A DNA stretch of 57,847 nt, taken from NCBI GenBank assembly GCA_015228785.1, contig JADGCU010000004.1:1-57847 (forward strand). The letters run 5' to 3'. Source of the DNA: Candidatus Omnitrophota bacterium (GTDB taxonomy: Bacteria > Omnitrophota > Gorgyraeia > Zapsychrales > Fredricksoniimonadaceae). Numbering within the stretch: position 1 is the stretch's first letter; each line of letters opens with the position of its first letter. Below, one piece after another: positions 45,564-55,109 of the stretch. The notes beneath the pieces were generated by a model. It had not been told where the DNA came from, did no database searches, and saw nothing but the letters and a program-made list of their open reading frames with translations. The position numbers and the translations under genes were made by a program.

Positions 45564-45842
45564 ATGCAGGCGCAGCCAAACATGCTTGCCTTTATAGTCC
45601 AGTTAATACTAATTGGAGGGATTGTTTATTTCATTGTATTCCGTCCCGAAAGCAAGCGAAAGAAAGAACTTCAAGAAATGATTAAAAACTTGAAGAAGAA
45701 CGATGAAGTCGTGACTGCTAGTGGGATTCATGGCGTTGTTGTGAATGTCAAGGAAAAGACCGTTATTCTGCGTCTTGATGAGAATTGTCGTGTTGAGTTT
45801 GACAAGGATGCGATCCTTGTTGTGACTAAAAAGGCTGAGTAA
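45564..45842 (+). CDS. yajC: preprotein translocase subunit YajC
   Basis: 92 aa with a single TM helix, then FRPESKRKKE...L.KNDEVVTASGIHG.V. It lies directly upstream of secDF. Confidence 0.88.
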   Translation: MQAQPNMLAFIVQLILIGGIVYFIVFRPESKRKKELQEMIKNLKKNDEVVTASGIHGVVVNVKEKTVILRLDENCRVEFDKDAILVVTKKAE

Positions 45843-45871
45843 TCGTTAATCTGTAATTAGGTAAGGAACCT

Positions 45872-48073
45872 ATGAGTAAGGCACTGCGGACAAAACTTTT
45901 GATCATTCTTAGTGTTTTTCTCGGCTGCGTATTGTGCGCTTGGCCGATTCAGAAGCGTATCAACCTCGGCCTTGACTTAAAAGGCGGTATGCACTTGATC
46001 TTGAAGGTGGATACGTCTACGCTCATTGGGAAATCCAAGGAAGATGCGGTAGCCCGTGCGATAGAAATTTTGCGTAATCGCATTGACAGTATGGGTGTTG
46101 GAGAGACTGTGCTCCAGCGTCAGGGTGAGGATCAAATCCTTGTTCAGCTTCCTGGTGTTACAGATCGGGATAAGGCCGTTGACATGGTTAGACGCGTCGC
46201 GCATTTGGAGTTTAAGCTTGTTAAAGAAGATCCGGAAATGTTCAAAGCCGCTTTGAATGGCAATGTGCCTGAAGGATATGAGATCAAGCATCTTAAAGAT
46301 GAAAATGGGGCCCCTATCTTGCTTGAATCCAAAGCGCCCATGGGTGGAGATGCTATTTCAGATGCGATGGCAGAACTTGATCAGGAATCATTTTTTTATA
46401 AAATCAACTTGAAATTTAATCCTGAAGGCACTAAGGCCTTTGCGGATCTGACCCAAAAACATGTGGGTGAACGATTGGCTATTGTTATGGATAATCAGGT
46501 GCTTTCTGCGCCTAATATCCGCGAGCCGATCATGACCGGGACAGCTGAGATCACAGGGCAGTTTAAGTTTGATGAGGCATCGCTTTTGGCGCTCGCACTG
46601 CGTTCGGGCTCGCTTCCTGTGCCGATTTACATTGAAGAGGAGAGGACGGTTGGACCGCTGTTAGGCAAAGATTCGATCGAGGCTGGGACGCGCGCAACAA
46701 TCTATGGGGTTCTTTTTGTTCTGGCATTTATGATTATGTACTATTGGATTGGGGGAATGATCGCGTCAGTATCACTTATTTTAAACCTGATTATGATTAT
46801 TGGATTTATGGGGTTTTTAAATATCATGCTTCCGGGGTCTCAGGTAACCCTTACGTTGCCTGGTATTGCGGGTATCGTATTGACACTCGGAATGGCTGTG
46901 GATGCCAACGTCCTAATTAATGAACGTATTCGTGAGGAGCTGGATAACGGGAAACCATTGGTCGCGGCTATCAATGGGGGTTATGACAGGGCGTATACAG
47001 CGATTTTAGACTCGAATCTCACGACGATCATTGCGGCAGCGCTATTGTTCCAGTTCGGTTCTGGCCCTATCAAGGGGTTTGCTGTCACGCTTGTCATCGG
47101 TCTTATGGCAAGTTTATTTACCGCTGTTTATGTTTCGAGAGCGATCTTTGATTTTCTTCTTGAGAAGCGCCTCATTACGAATCTTCGAATGATGCACGTT
47201 GTTGGTCGGAATATGAATATCAACTTTCTTAAGAACATGGGAATCTTTTGTGCGCTGTCAGCATTTATTACGGTTGTCGGTTTGGTAACGATCTTTATGA
47301 AGAAGGATTCGGCGTATGGGATCGATTTTGCGGGTGGCCAGGTTCAGGAATATCGTTTTGACAAACCGGTTTCCGTTGATGCCATTCGTGCTGCCCTTAA
47401 AGATGGTAATGTTAAGGATGCGGTGATTCAGCAGTTTGAAAAAACGCCGGAAACCGTTATTGTCCGTACCAGCGAGGATACGTACGAACAGGTTTCTGGT
47501 GTTTTCAAGAAAGACATCAAAGATAATAATTTTCAAATGATGCGCTTAGAGAAAGTAGGCCCTGTCGTTGGCCAGGCTCTTCGTGAGCGTGCTATCTGGG
47601 CGATCTTGCTGGCTTTGGCTGGGATCCTGATTTATGTTGGTTTCCGCTTTAAGAATTTTGGGTTTGCGGCAGCAGGAGTGGTCGCGTTGATCCACGATAT
47701 CATTATAGCTCTTGGATTGTCAGTTATGATGGGGCGACAAATAGATCTGTTGGTTGTGACAGCTCTTTTGACAATCGCGGGGTATTCGATTAATGATACG
47801 ATTATTGTTTTTGATCGTGTTCGTGAGAACATGCTCAAGAATCGGAAGATGAGCCTTCCGGAAGTCATTAATCATAGTATTAACCAAACCTTGGGGCGTA
47901 CAATTTTGACAACATTTGTGACGTTGCTCGTTGTTATTGCGCTTTTTGTCTTTGGGGGAACAGTGCTTAATACATTCTCTCTTGTTATGATAATTGGCTT
48001 TATTTGCGGTGTCTATTCAACGATGTATATTGTGACGCCTTTGGTTTTGACGTTTCAAAAGAACTGGAAGTGA
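45872..48073 (+). CDS. secDF: protein translocase subunit SecDF (fused)
   Basis: 733 aa with a SecD periplasmic head (LGLDLKGGMHL, LEFKLV) plus two 6-TM RND-like halves (AVDANVLINERIREE; INDTIIVFDRVREN). Confidence 0.93.
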   Translation: MSKALRTKLLIILSVFLGCVLCAWPIQKRINLGLDLKGGMHLILKVDTSTLIGKSKEDAVARAIEILRNRIDSMGVGETVLQRQGEDQILVQLPGVTDRDKAVDMVRRVAHLEFKLVKEDPEMFKAALNGNVPEGYEIKHLKDENGAPILLESKAPMGGDAISDAMAELDQESFFYKINLKFNPEGTKAFADLTQKHVGERLAIVMDNQVLSAPNIREPIMTGTAEITGQFKFDEASLLALALRSGSLPVPIYIEEERTVGPLLGKDSIEAGTRATIYGVLFVLAFMIMYYWIGGMIASVSLILNLIMIIGFMGFLNIMLPGSQVTLTLPGIAGIVLTLGMAVDANVLINERIREELDNGKPLVAAINGGYDRAYTAILDSNLTTIIAAALLFQFGSGPIKGFAVTLVIGLMASLFTAVYVSRAIFDFLLEKRLITNLRMMHVVGRNMNINFLKNMGIFCALSAFITVVGLVTIFMKKDSAYGIDFAGGQVQEYRFDKPVSVDAIRAALKDGNVKDAVIQQFEKTPETVIVRTSEDTYEQVSGVFKKDIKDNNFQMMRLEKVGPVVGQALRERAIWAILLALAGILIYVGFRFKNFGFAAAGVVALIHDIIIALGLSVMMGRQIDLLVVTALLTIAGYSINDTIIVFDRVRENMLKNRKMSLPEVINHSINQTLGRTILTTFVTLLVVIALFVFGGTVLNTFSLVMIIGFICGVYSTMYIVTPLVLTFQKNWK

Positions 48074-48080
48074 GCTTTTC

Positions 48081-48133
48081 AAAAAGCCCCTGAACCCGGG
48101 AGACTATTCTCTCGATAATTCAGGGGCTTTTTC
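48081..48133 (+). terminator. rho-independent terminator after secDF
   Basis: AAAAAGCCCCTGAA (48081-48094) pairs perfectly with TTCAGGGGCTTTTT (48119-48132). The stem is GC-rich, the loop is 24 nt, and a T-run follows. Confidence 0.7.
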
Positions 48134-48166
48134 TATCTGCACGGGATACATAATTCGAGGTGATCC

Positions 48167-50077
48167 TTGTTCCTTTCCCTCAAGTATTTTATTAGTCAAA
48201 CGATCTCTCTTGAAACGTTTAAGAGTGACATCGCCCGCTTCGGCTATAACCGTGTCAATTCGGTCTCAGAAGAAGGAGAGTATGCTGTCAGAGGAAGCAT
48301 CCTTGATATCTTTCCTGTCAATTTTGATTCCCCTGTCCGTTTTGATATTGATGACGATAAACTCCGCACGATCTATTCATTTAATCTAAAAACTGGCAAG
48401 AACATTTGGGAACATCGCGTTGTCATCATACTGCCGTGGAAGAAGCGCGCGGCAGAGGCCACGGGGTTTAGTTCTGAAATGCCGTTGGCCAACTTTGTGG
48501 ATATAGAAAAAGGCGATTATGTTGTCCATAATCGTCACGGAATAGGCCGTTTCTTAGGTCTTAAGAATTTCGAGATCGACCTCAAGACCGTCGAGCACTT
48601 TGTCATTGAATATCAGGGAGGAGAGAAGCTTTACGTTCCTCGTCACGACCTTCATCTTGTTCAGAAATACATTGGCTTTGCTAAAAAGCCGCCGCGTCTT
48701 TTCAAGCTTGGCTCTCGGGAGTGGGAAAAGGTTCGCAAGATGGTCGAGAAACGCATTCAGCGTATTGCGGCCGAACTTTTACGCGTCCAGGCTCTTCGTG
48801 AAAGTCTTAAGGGATATGCGTTTTCAAAGGATTCTCAGTGGCAGGGGGAATTTGAGAGAGCTTTTCCTTATCAGGAAACTTCGGACCAGCGGAAGGCGAC
48901 GGAGGATGTGTGTTGTGACTTGGAGGATATTCGTCCCATGGATCGCCTTTTGTGTGGGGATGTTGGGTATGGAAAGACGGAAGTCGCGATGCGTGCGGCA
49001 TTTAAGGCTGTTATGGATGGCAAGCAGGTGGCGGTCCTTGTCCCGACAACTGTCCTGGCAGAACAGCATTTCTACAACTTTTCTAAACGCATGAAAGATT
49101 ATCCTGTCAAGATCGGGATGCTTTCGCGTTTTCGCACCAAGGCTGAGCAGAAAGATATTGTGAAGGAAGCCGCTGAAGGACGTATTGATATCCTGATCGG
49201 TACGCACCGTTTACTTTCAAAGGATGTGGTATTTAAAGATTTGGGTCTTATTGTCATCGACGAGGAACAGCGTTTTGGCGTCACGGCCAAGGAACGACTG
49301 AAGCACATGAAACTGCTGGCCGATGTCTTGACGCTGACCGCAACGCCGATCCCTCGAACTTTGTACATGGCTCTTGCCGGATGCCGGGACATGTCGGTTA
49401 TATCAACCCCGCCTCAGAATCGGATACCTGTCACTACGCAGATGATTCATTTTGATGAAGAGATCATTGAAGATGCAATCCGAAGGGAGCTCAGGCGTGG
49501 CGGGCAGGTGTTCTTTCTTCATAATCATGTAGAGGATATCGAACCATTGGCGCAGATCATTCAGCGTTTAGTGCCTGAAGCTCGCCTTGCTGTCGGGCAT
49601 GGTCAAATGCCAGGTCGGGAGCTTGAGGCCGTGATGCTAAAGTTTCTCAAAGGCGAGATTGATGTTTTGGTCTGTACCACTATAATAGAGTCCGGTATTG
49701 ACATTCCAAATGCTAATACCTTGATTGTGAATCGTGCGGATCGTTTTGGACTGTCTGATCTTCACCAATTGCGAGGCAGGGTGGGACGGATGGATATTAA
49801 GGCATACGCCTATTTTATAATTCCTGAGCATGCGCACCTTTCAGGAATTGCCAAAAAGAGGATCGAGGCACTTCAGAAATTCAGTGGGCTTGGTGCAGGA
49901 TTTCAAATCGCCTTTGAGGATCTACAGATTCGCGGAGCAGGTAATATTTTAGGCCAAGAACAACATGGGTATATTTCAACGATCGGCTTTGATCTTTATT
50001 GTCGGTTGCTGAAAGAATCAGTAGAGAATATTAAGAAAGAAATGGAGACAACGCATGCGGTTTCGCAGACTATTTAG
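48167..50077 (+). CDS. mfd: transcription-repair coupling factor, unusually short (636 aa) form
   Basis: RNAP-interaction (CarD_TRCF) domain GDYVVHNRHGIGRFLG...KLYVPRHDLHLVQKY. Superfamily-2 translocase motifs GDVGYGKTEVA, DEEQRFG, TATPIPRT and QLRGRVGR. TRG region GFQIAFEDLQIRGAGNILG. TTG start, with an in-frame TGA at 48161-48163 that forbids upstream extension. Confidence 0.88.
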   Translation: MFLSLKYFISQTISLETFKSDIARFGYNRVNSVSEEGEYAVRGSILDIFPVNFDSPVRFDIDDDKLRTIYSFNLKTGKNIWEHRVVIILPWKKRAAEATGFSSEMPLANFVDIEKGDYVVHNRHGIGRFLGLKNFEIDLKTVEHFVIEYQGGEKLYVPRHDLHLVQKYIGFAKKPPRLFKLGSREWEKVRKMVEKRIQRIAAELLRVQALRESLKGYAFSKDSQWQGEFERAFPYQETSDQRKATEDVCCDLEDIRPMDRLLCGDVGYGKTEVAMRAAFKAVMDGKQVAVLVPTTVLAEQHFYNFSKRMKDYPVKIGMLSRFRTKAEQKDIVKEAAEGRIDILIGTHRLLSKDVVFKDLGLIVIDEEQRFGVTAKERLKHMKLLADVLTLTATPIPRTLYMALAGCRDMSVISTPPQNRIPVTTQMIHFDEEIIEDAIRRELRRGGQVFFLHNHVEDIEPLAQIIQRLVPEARLAVGHGQMPGRELEAVMLKFLKGEIDVLVCTTIIESGIDIPNANTLIVNRADRFGLSDLHQLRGRVGRMDIKAYAYFIIPEHAHLSGIAKKRIEALQKFSGLGAGFQIAFEDLQIRGAGNILGQEQHGYISTIGFDLYCRLLKESVENIKKEMETTHAVSQTI

Positions 50078-50987
50078 CATTTTCTTTATTTATTTTCTCC
50101 TTGTGGCTCCTCACGCATGGTCCATGGAAGATGCGATCCTGGCTGTTGTGAATGATGAGGTTATTACAGTTAAGGATCTTAAGGAGTATCTTCAAGGTAT
50201 TTTGGCTCAACTTAAGGTCGAGGGCAAGACACAGGCAGAGGCACAGGAGACTATTCAGCAATATCAGGCCAAGGGTGTTGAACAGCTTATTGATGATCGG
50301 TTGATTCTTTCCGCAGCAAACAAGATGGGCATGCTGATCCGACCGGAAGCGATTGATCAAAGACTTGATGAAATTAAGAAGCGTTATAAGAGTTATGATG
50401 AGTTTTTGGATACGATCAAACGGGAAGGGCTTACGGTCACAGAGATCCGTAAGAAGCTCGAGAATCAGATAAAGGGACAGATTGTTGTGAATAATGAGGT
50501 ACGGGCCAAGGTATATGTGAACCCGCAGGAGGTCACAGATTATTTCAACACTCACAAGGAGGAGTTTACGACAACCAGCCGCGTTTTTCTGAATACCGTC
50601 TTTGTGAATTCTGAGGCGGGAAGAGAATCCGCTCACAAAAAAATAGCCGAAGCCAGAAAAAAGATCAAACAGGGCGTTGGTTTTATGCTCGTTGTTCAGG
50701 ATTTTTCCGATCTTCCTTCAGTCGGAGAGGTGACGGAAGAGCAGTTACGCCCTGAATTTAAGAAGCAGCTAGACAAAATGATCGTGGGAGATGTGTCGGG
50801 CGTTGTTGAGGTGCCGGAAGGATTTTATATTATAAAACTTGAAGGCCGCAAGCCAGGGACCACAGCGGTTCTTAAAGACGTTAACGATGCCATTTACCAG
50901 AAACTTTTTGAAGATAAATTTCGTGAGCGTTTTAAAGCATGGATCGAGAAGCTCCGGAAGAAGGCCTATGTTGAAATCAAATCGTAA
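50055..50987 (+). CDS. SurA-like periplasmic chaperone / parvulin-type PPIase
   Basis: Signal peptide MRFRRLFSIFFIYFLLVAPHAWS, SurA_N-like helical domain (ILAVVNDEVITVKDL) and a degenerate parvulin domain ending GFYIIKLEGR. It lies upstream of pdxA-rsmA, as in the E. coli surA-pdxA-rsmA order. Confidence 0.75.
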   Translation: MRFRRLFSIFFIYFLLVAPHAWSMEDAILAVVNDEVITVKDLKEYLQGILAQLKVEGKTQAEAQETIQQYQAKGVEQLIDDRLILSAANKMGMLIRPEAIDQRLDEIKKRYKSYDEFLDTIKREGLTVTEIRKKLENQIKGQIVVNNEVRAKVYVNPQEVTDYFNTHKEEFTTTSRVFLNTVFVNSEAGRESAHKKIAEARKKIKQGVGFMLVVQDFSDLPSVGEVTEEQLRPEFKKQLDKMIVGDVSGVVEVPEGFYIIKLEGRKPGTTAVLKDVNDAIYQKLFEDKFRERFKAWIEKLRKKAYVEIKS

Positions 50988-51915
50988 GGTGATCGGGATT
51001 ACATTGGGGGATCCTGCGGGTATCGGACCAGAGGTCACAGCCGCAGCGCTTCTCACCATGAATCTCAAGAAGTTGGATGTTGTTCTCATTGGTAATGAGG
51101 ATGTGTTTCGTCAATTTTGGCCCGGCAATAAGCCTTTTCCATCTTTTATTCATATGGCTTCTGATGCCAAGATGAAGCATGTTCCAGGAAAGCCGACGCC
51201 TGTTTCTGGTTATGATTCCCTCTTATATTTAAACAAAGCTGTTCATCTTCTAAAGTCTGGGAATATTCATGGTCTTGTCACGGCACCTGTTTCAAAAGAG
51301 TCTGTGGGATTGTTTCACAAAGGTTTTAAAGGTCATACGACTTACCTTGCGCAGGCTTTTGGCCTTGGAAATGTTGAGATGGTCTTTGTGGCTGATGGTA
51401 TGAAGATGGTTCTTGTAACGCGTCATGTTCCTTTGAAAGATATTTCTTCCATGATCATAACAAAGAAAGTCTTAAGCGTTATTACGACGACATATCGATT
51501 TCTTATTGAGCGCTTCAGCATTAAGAAGCCTAAAATTGCTGTTTTAGGAATGAATCCACACGCAGGTGAAGGTGGTCACATGGGAAATGAAGAGATCAGG
51601 GCGATTATTCCCGCCATAAAGAAGGCGAGAGCTCAAGGAATGGATATCAGCGGTCCTTTTGCGGCAGATACTTTCTTTGAGCCGCGTAATTGTAAGGGGT
51701 ATGACCTCATCGTTGCTATGTATCATGATCAGGGACTTATTGCTTTAAAGACCCTTTATTTTGATAAGCTTGTCAATCTGACGGTTGGATTGCCTTTCAT
51801 TCGAACATCTCCAGCTCATGGAACAGCATTCGGCATTGCTGGCAAGGGGCGTGCAAATTCTGGATCTATGAAAGCCTCTATTGAATTGGCTGTTCAGCTT
51901 ACGGGGCGCTCATGA
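50968..51915 (+). CDS. pdxA: 4-hydroxythreonine-4-phosphate dehydrogenase
   Basis: IGITLGDPAGIGPEV, VTAPVSKE, GHTTYLA, LGMNPHAGEGG, MYHDQG and TSPAHGTAF motifs. ATG 50968 overlaps the surA-like stop. The ORF-track start at 50839 is an out-of-context extension. Confidence 0.9.
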   Translation: MLKSNRKVIGITLGDPAGIGPEVTAAALLTMNLKKLDVVLIGNEDVFRQFWPGNKPFPSFIHMASDAKMKHVPGKPTPVSGYDSLLYLNKAVHLLKSGNIHGLVTAPVSKESVGLFHKGFKGHTTYLAQAFGLGNVEMVFVADGMKMVLVTRHVPLKDISSMIITKKVLSVITTTYRFLIERFSIKKPKIAVLGMNPHAGEGGHMGNEEIRAIIPAIKKARAQGMDISGPFAADTFFEPRNCKGYDLIVAMYHDQGLIALKTLYFDKLVNLTVGLPFIRTSPAHGTAFGIAGKGRANSGSMKASIELAVQLTGRS

Positions 51916-52739
51916 AAAAACTGTCTAAAGAGCCAAACAAGAATTATCCTGCTTTTGTTGCCGAGAAAAGACTGGGGCAGAATTTTCTTCATGATCGGAA
52001 AGTTCAAACCCGAATTATAGAAGCGTGCCAATTCTCTCCTGAGGAAACAGTCTTGGAGATCGGCCCTGGCCAAGGAGCGTTGACACGGCAAATTCTTCCG
52101 TGCGTCAAAGGCGTTATTGCGGTCGAAGCAGACCGTCAACTTGCAGAAGGCTTAGAAAGGGAGTTTTTAGATTCTAATCTGACGCTTCATCACGGGGATT
52201 TTCTTAAGTTTGATTTTTCGAAGATCCCCGGTCCTATTAAAGTAGTGGGCAATCTCCCGTATTATATTTCAACGCCTATTATTTCAAAAGTTCTTGAAAA
52301 TCGAGAAAAGTTCACGTCTCTTTTTATGACTGTACAACTTGAATTTGGTGAGCGCCTTGTCGCAAAACCTGGAAACAAGATTTATTCCTCTTTCACCTGT
52401 TTTGTAAATTATTTTTCAGAACCAAAACTTCTTTTTACAATTAGTAAGAATGCTTTTAGCCCGGCCCCTAAGGTGATGTCCTGTTTTATGCGTCTCGACA
52501 TGCGAAAGACTCCACCGGTTTCTGTTAAAGATGAGCCTTTGTTTTTACAGGTGATCCGTTTAGCTTTTCAGCAGCGGCGAAAAACTCTTTTGAATTCGTT
52601 AAGTCAGCTTTGCCCCAAGGCTAAGTTGGGCGCTGTGCTCGCCCAGGCAGGTGTCCCTGAACGGACAAGGGCCGAGGAATTGGGGCTTGAAAAATTTGCG
52701 ATGATATCGAATTGTATGAAGGTGGCTCTTGATGGATAA
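51912..52739 (+). CDS. rsmA: 16S rRNA (adenine1518/1519-N6)-dimethyltransferase
   Basis: LGQNFL, LEIGPGQGALT (SAM motif), VGNLPYYISTPI and FSPAPKV motifs. Confidence 0.92.
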   Translation: MKKLSKEPNKNYPAFVAEKRLGQNFLHDRKVQTRIIEACQFSPEETVLEIGPGQGALTRQILPCVKGVIAVEADRQLAEGLEREFLDSNLTLHHGDFLKFDFSKIPGPIKVVGNLPYYISTPIISKVLENREKFTSLFMTVQLEFGERLVAKPGNKIYSSFTCFVNYFSEPKLLFTISKNAFSPAPKVMSCFMRLDMRKTPPVSVKDEPLFLQVIRLAFQQRRKTLLNSLSQLCPKAKLGAVLAQAGVPERTRAEELGLEKFAMISNCMKVALDG

Positions 52740-53112
52740 GAAGATCTATTATCATGACACGGATGCGGGCGGGGTTGTGTATTACGCTAATTACCTTAAG
52801 TACCTTGAGGAGGCGCGTACCGAGTATCTTGAGTCGCGAGGGGAGAATGTTCCTAAATTTATCGAGCAAGGGTTCTTTTTCGCTGTTCGCTCTTGCAATG
52901 TCATTTACAAATCACCAGCAAGGTATGGCGAGACAATTAGTGCAGATGCGAATGTGAAGAAAGTAACAGGAACACAGATCTTCTTTCATCAGCGTATTTT
53001 GAATAAGGCGACAGAACAGGTGATGGTTGAGGCAGAAGTATCGCTTGTATGCCTTACGTTAGACTTTAAACCACGGGCGATCCCTGATGGGTTAAGGGAG
53101 AAACTAGCATGA
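52732..53112 (+). CDS. YbgC/4HBT-family acyl-CoA thioesterase
   Basis: YYHDTDAGGVVYYANYLKYLEEAR hot-dog-fold N-terminus. About 126 aa. Confidence 0.82.
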   Translation: MDKKIYYHDTDAGGVVYYANYLKYLEEARTEYLESRGENVPKFIEQGFFFAVRSCNVIYKSPARYGETISADANVKKVTGTQIFFHQRILNKATEQVMVEAEVSLVCLTLDFKPRAIPDGLREKLA

Positions 53113-54755
53113 AAATTTCTCTCAAAGTAATCTTTCTCGTTTCTTTTCTTCTCGCTTTCTTGGCTATTGACGGCTTTATTGGGTACAGCCTTTTGAAGCG
53201 TATGGGAGGGGAGCTGGAAGGAGTAGTAGGTAAAGATGTGGCTTTGATGCAGACCGCAACTATTATCACAAGATCTCAGCTTCAAAAAGCTGTTGTATTT
53301 GAGCGTGCGCGCAGGATAGCTGAGGAATTGGCCTATCAAGAAACAACGCCAGCCCGCAAGGATTACTTGGCGTCTTTTACTCGGAAAGAGAAAGGTAATT
53401 TTGAAGAATTAGCAAAGACGGGCGCGCTTAATATTATAAAAGGCAAGGAACTCATTAATAATACTCTTCATGCCGTGAAAGATGGGGCGACAAAAACTGA
53501 TCTGCAAAAGGTGGCGAACATTCTTAAGGAGATTGAACGGACCCATATTCATTATGATGCCCTGATCGGTCAGATGTTTGACATGATTCTTTCTGGAAAG
53601 TATGAGCTTTCAGGGGAGGATATTGGACAGTTGCATCGTGATGAGAACAAGCTTTCGAACGAATTAAAAAATCTTCTTACGGAAATCGAGCGCCTTACTA
53701 ACCAATCTCTCACAAAAGCAGGCAAATACGAGAAGACCGCTGAGATGATTTTGTGGGTAGCACTTGGAATAAGTTTCTTTGCCGGATTGATTATTGCCTT
53801 TTGGATTATTTATAGCATTGACGGGCCATTAAAGACATTGGTTAAAGCAACGCAAGATGTGGGGGCTGGGAAGCTGGATGTGCGTTTGAATGATTCATCG
53901 CGGGATGAGATCGGGGAAGTCAGTCGTTCATTTAATACGATGACACGTCAGTTAATTGAAGCCAAGAAGGAGTTGGAGCGTCAAAGTGATGTGTTAAGAC
54001 ATAATTTGGAGTTGACCGAGGCTCAAAAGAAAGACCTGGAAAAGGTGAACCGCGAGCTTGACCGATTTGTTCAGACGGTCAGCCATGATATCCGGTCTCC
54101 TTTGATGGGAATATCCTGGTATGCTGATTTTCTAAAGAATCATCATTATGCTACATTAGATGATAAAGGAAAAGAATGCCTGGAGGGTGTTTGCCGTGGT
54201 GTGGTTCGTGCTAATGCCCTGATCAAAGATCTCCTTGTATTAACCCGTATTTCGAGGGTGCGTAATCCCTATGAATATGTTCAGATCGGGGCGCTTGTGG
54301 ATGAAGTATTGGGCAACCTGGAATACAAGATCAAGCAAAACAACGTCGATCTTCATATTCAGAAGAATATGCCAGCTATTATTTGTGACGGGATCAAGAT
54401 CAAAGAGGTTTTTCTTAATTTCTTGACCAATGCCATCAAGTTTTCATCTGGCAATCCTGACGTCCAACCTCGCGTTGATGTGGGATACCAGGAGAATGTT
54501 GATTCTCATGAGTTCACGATCCATGATAATGGGATCGGGATTGCTCCGGAAAATCATGACGAGATCTTTGCTGTTTTTAAGCGTTTGGATACATCTGATA
54601 AATACGAAGGAACCGGGGTGGGGCTTGGTATCGTGAAAAGTGTTATCGATGATCATGGAGGAAAGATCTGGATTGATTCTGATCTAGGCAAGGGAGCAAC
54701 CTTTCATTTTACGATCCCCAAAGGTCTTGAGAGTCATAAGCCGGTAGTGGCATAA
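53109..54755 (+). CDS. HAMP-domain sensor histidine kinase
   Basis: TM1, a ~190 aa helical periplasmic sensor and TM2, followed by HAMP (PLKTLVKATQDVGAGKLDVRL...EIGEVSRSFNTM) and a coiled coil. Kinase motifs: H-box SHDIRSPL, N-box LTNAIKFS, G-boxes DNGIGI and GTGVGLGIV. No adjacent response regulator. Confidence 0.88.
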   Translation: MKISLKVIFLVSFLLAFLAIDGFIGYSLLKRMGGELEGVVGKDVALMQTATIITRSQLQKAVVFERARRIAEELAYQETTPARKDYLASFTRKEKGNFEELAKTGALNIIKGKELINNTLHAVKDGATKTDLQKVANILKEIERTHIHYDALIGQMFDMILSGKYELSGEDIGQLHRDENKLSNELKNLLTEIERLTNQSLTKAGKYEKTAEMILWVALGISFFAGLIIAFWIIYSIDGPLKTLVKATQDVGAGKLDVRLNDSSRDEIGEVSRSFNTMTRQLIEAKKELERQSDVLRHNLELTEAQKKDLEKVNRELDRFVQTVSHDIRSPLMGISWYADFLKNHHYATLDDKGKECLEGVCRGVVRANALIKDLLVLTRISRVRNPYEYVQIGALVDEVLGNLEYKIKQNNVDLHIQKNMPAIICDGIKIKEVFLNFLTNAIKFSSGNPDVQPRVDVGYQENVDSHEFTIHDNGIGIAPENHDEIFAVFKRLDTSDKYEGTGVGLGIVKSVIDDHGGKIWIDSDLGKGATFHFTIPKGLESHKPVVA

Positions 54756-54824
54756 GAACACGAGTTTTGCCTTGTCTTCACCTGGTGCGGGTGATAATAT
54801 TGTTCCCCTAATTAGTTAAATAAT

Positions 54825-55109
54825 ATGATTACCAAAGATAATGTTAATTATATAGCGGCATTGGCCAGGCTTCATGTGAGCGAGGCTGAGGCAGATCGTT
54901 TTGCCAAGGACCTTGAAGGTATTCTTCATTATGTGGAGAAATTGAACAAGGTCGATGTGTCCTTCGTTAAGCCTACGAGTCACGTGTTGGATGTTGAAAA
55001 TGTCTTTCGCGAAGATATTGTGTCCCCGTCTTTGCTTAATGAGGATGCCCTTCGCTCCGCAGTTGATAAACATCATGGTTTTTATAAAGTTCCCAAGGTT
55101 ATTGAATGA
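54825..55109 (+). CDS. gatC: Asp-tRNA(Asn)/Glu-tRNA(Gln) amidotransferase subunit C
   Basis: 94 aa with [15 protein letters not shown] and the LNKVDV pattern. It lies upstream of gatA with an ATGA overlap. Confidence 0.9.
   Translation: MITKDNVNYIAALARLHVSEAEADRFAKDLEGILHYVEKLNKVDVSFVKPTSHVLDVENVFREDIVSPSLLNEDALRSAVDKHHGFYKVPKVIE

Noticed and set aside
50070-50636. A 188-aa minus-strand ORF. Similar long minus-strand ORFs lie at 751-1275, 16158-16622, 24117-24602 and 37868-38380.
   Set aside because: Each lies entirely antisense to a confidently identified + strand gene (surA-like, argD, uvrA, secretin, alaS). None has a recognisable motif or RBS, and their compositions look like reverse-frame shadows. 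The 24117-24602 ORF is Pro-rich only because it reads the Gly-rich linker backwards.
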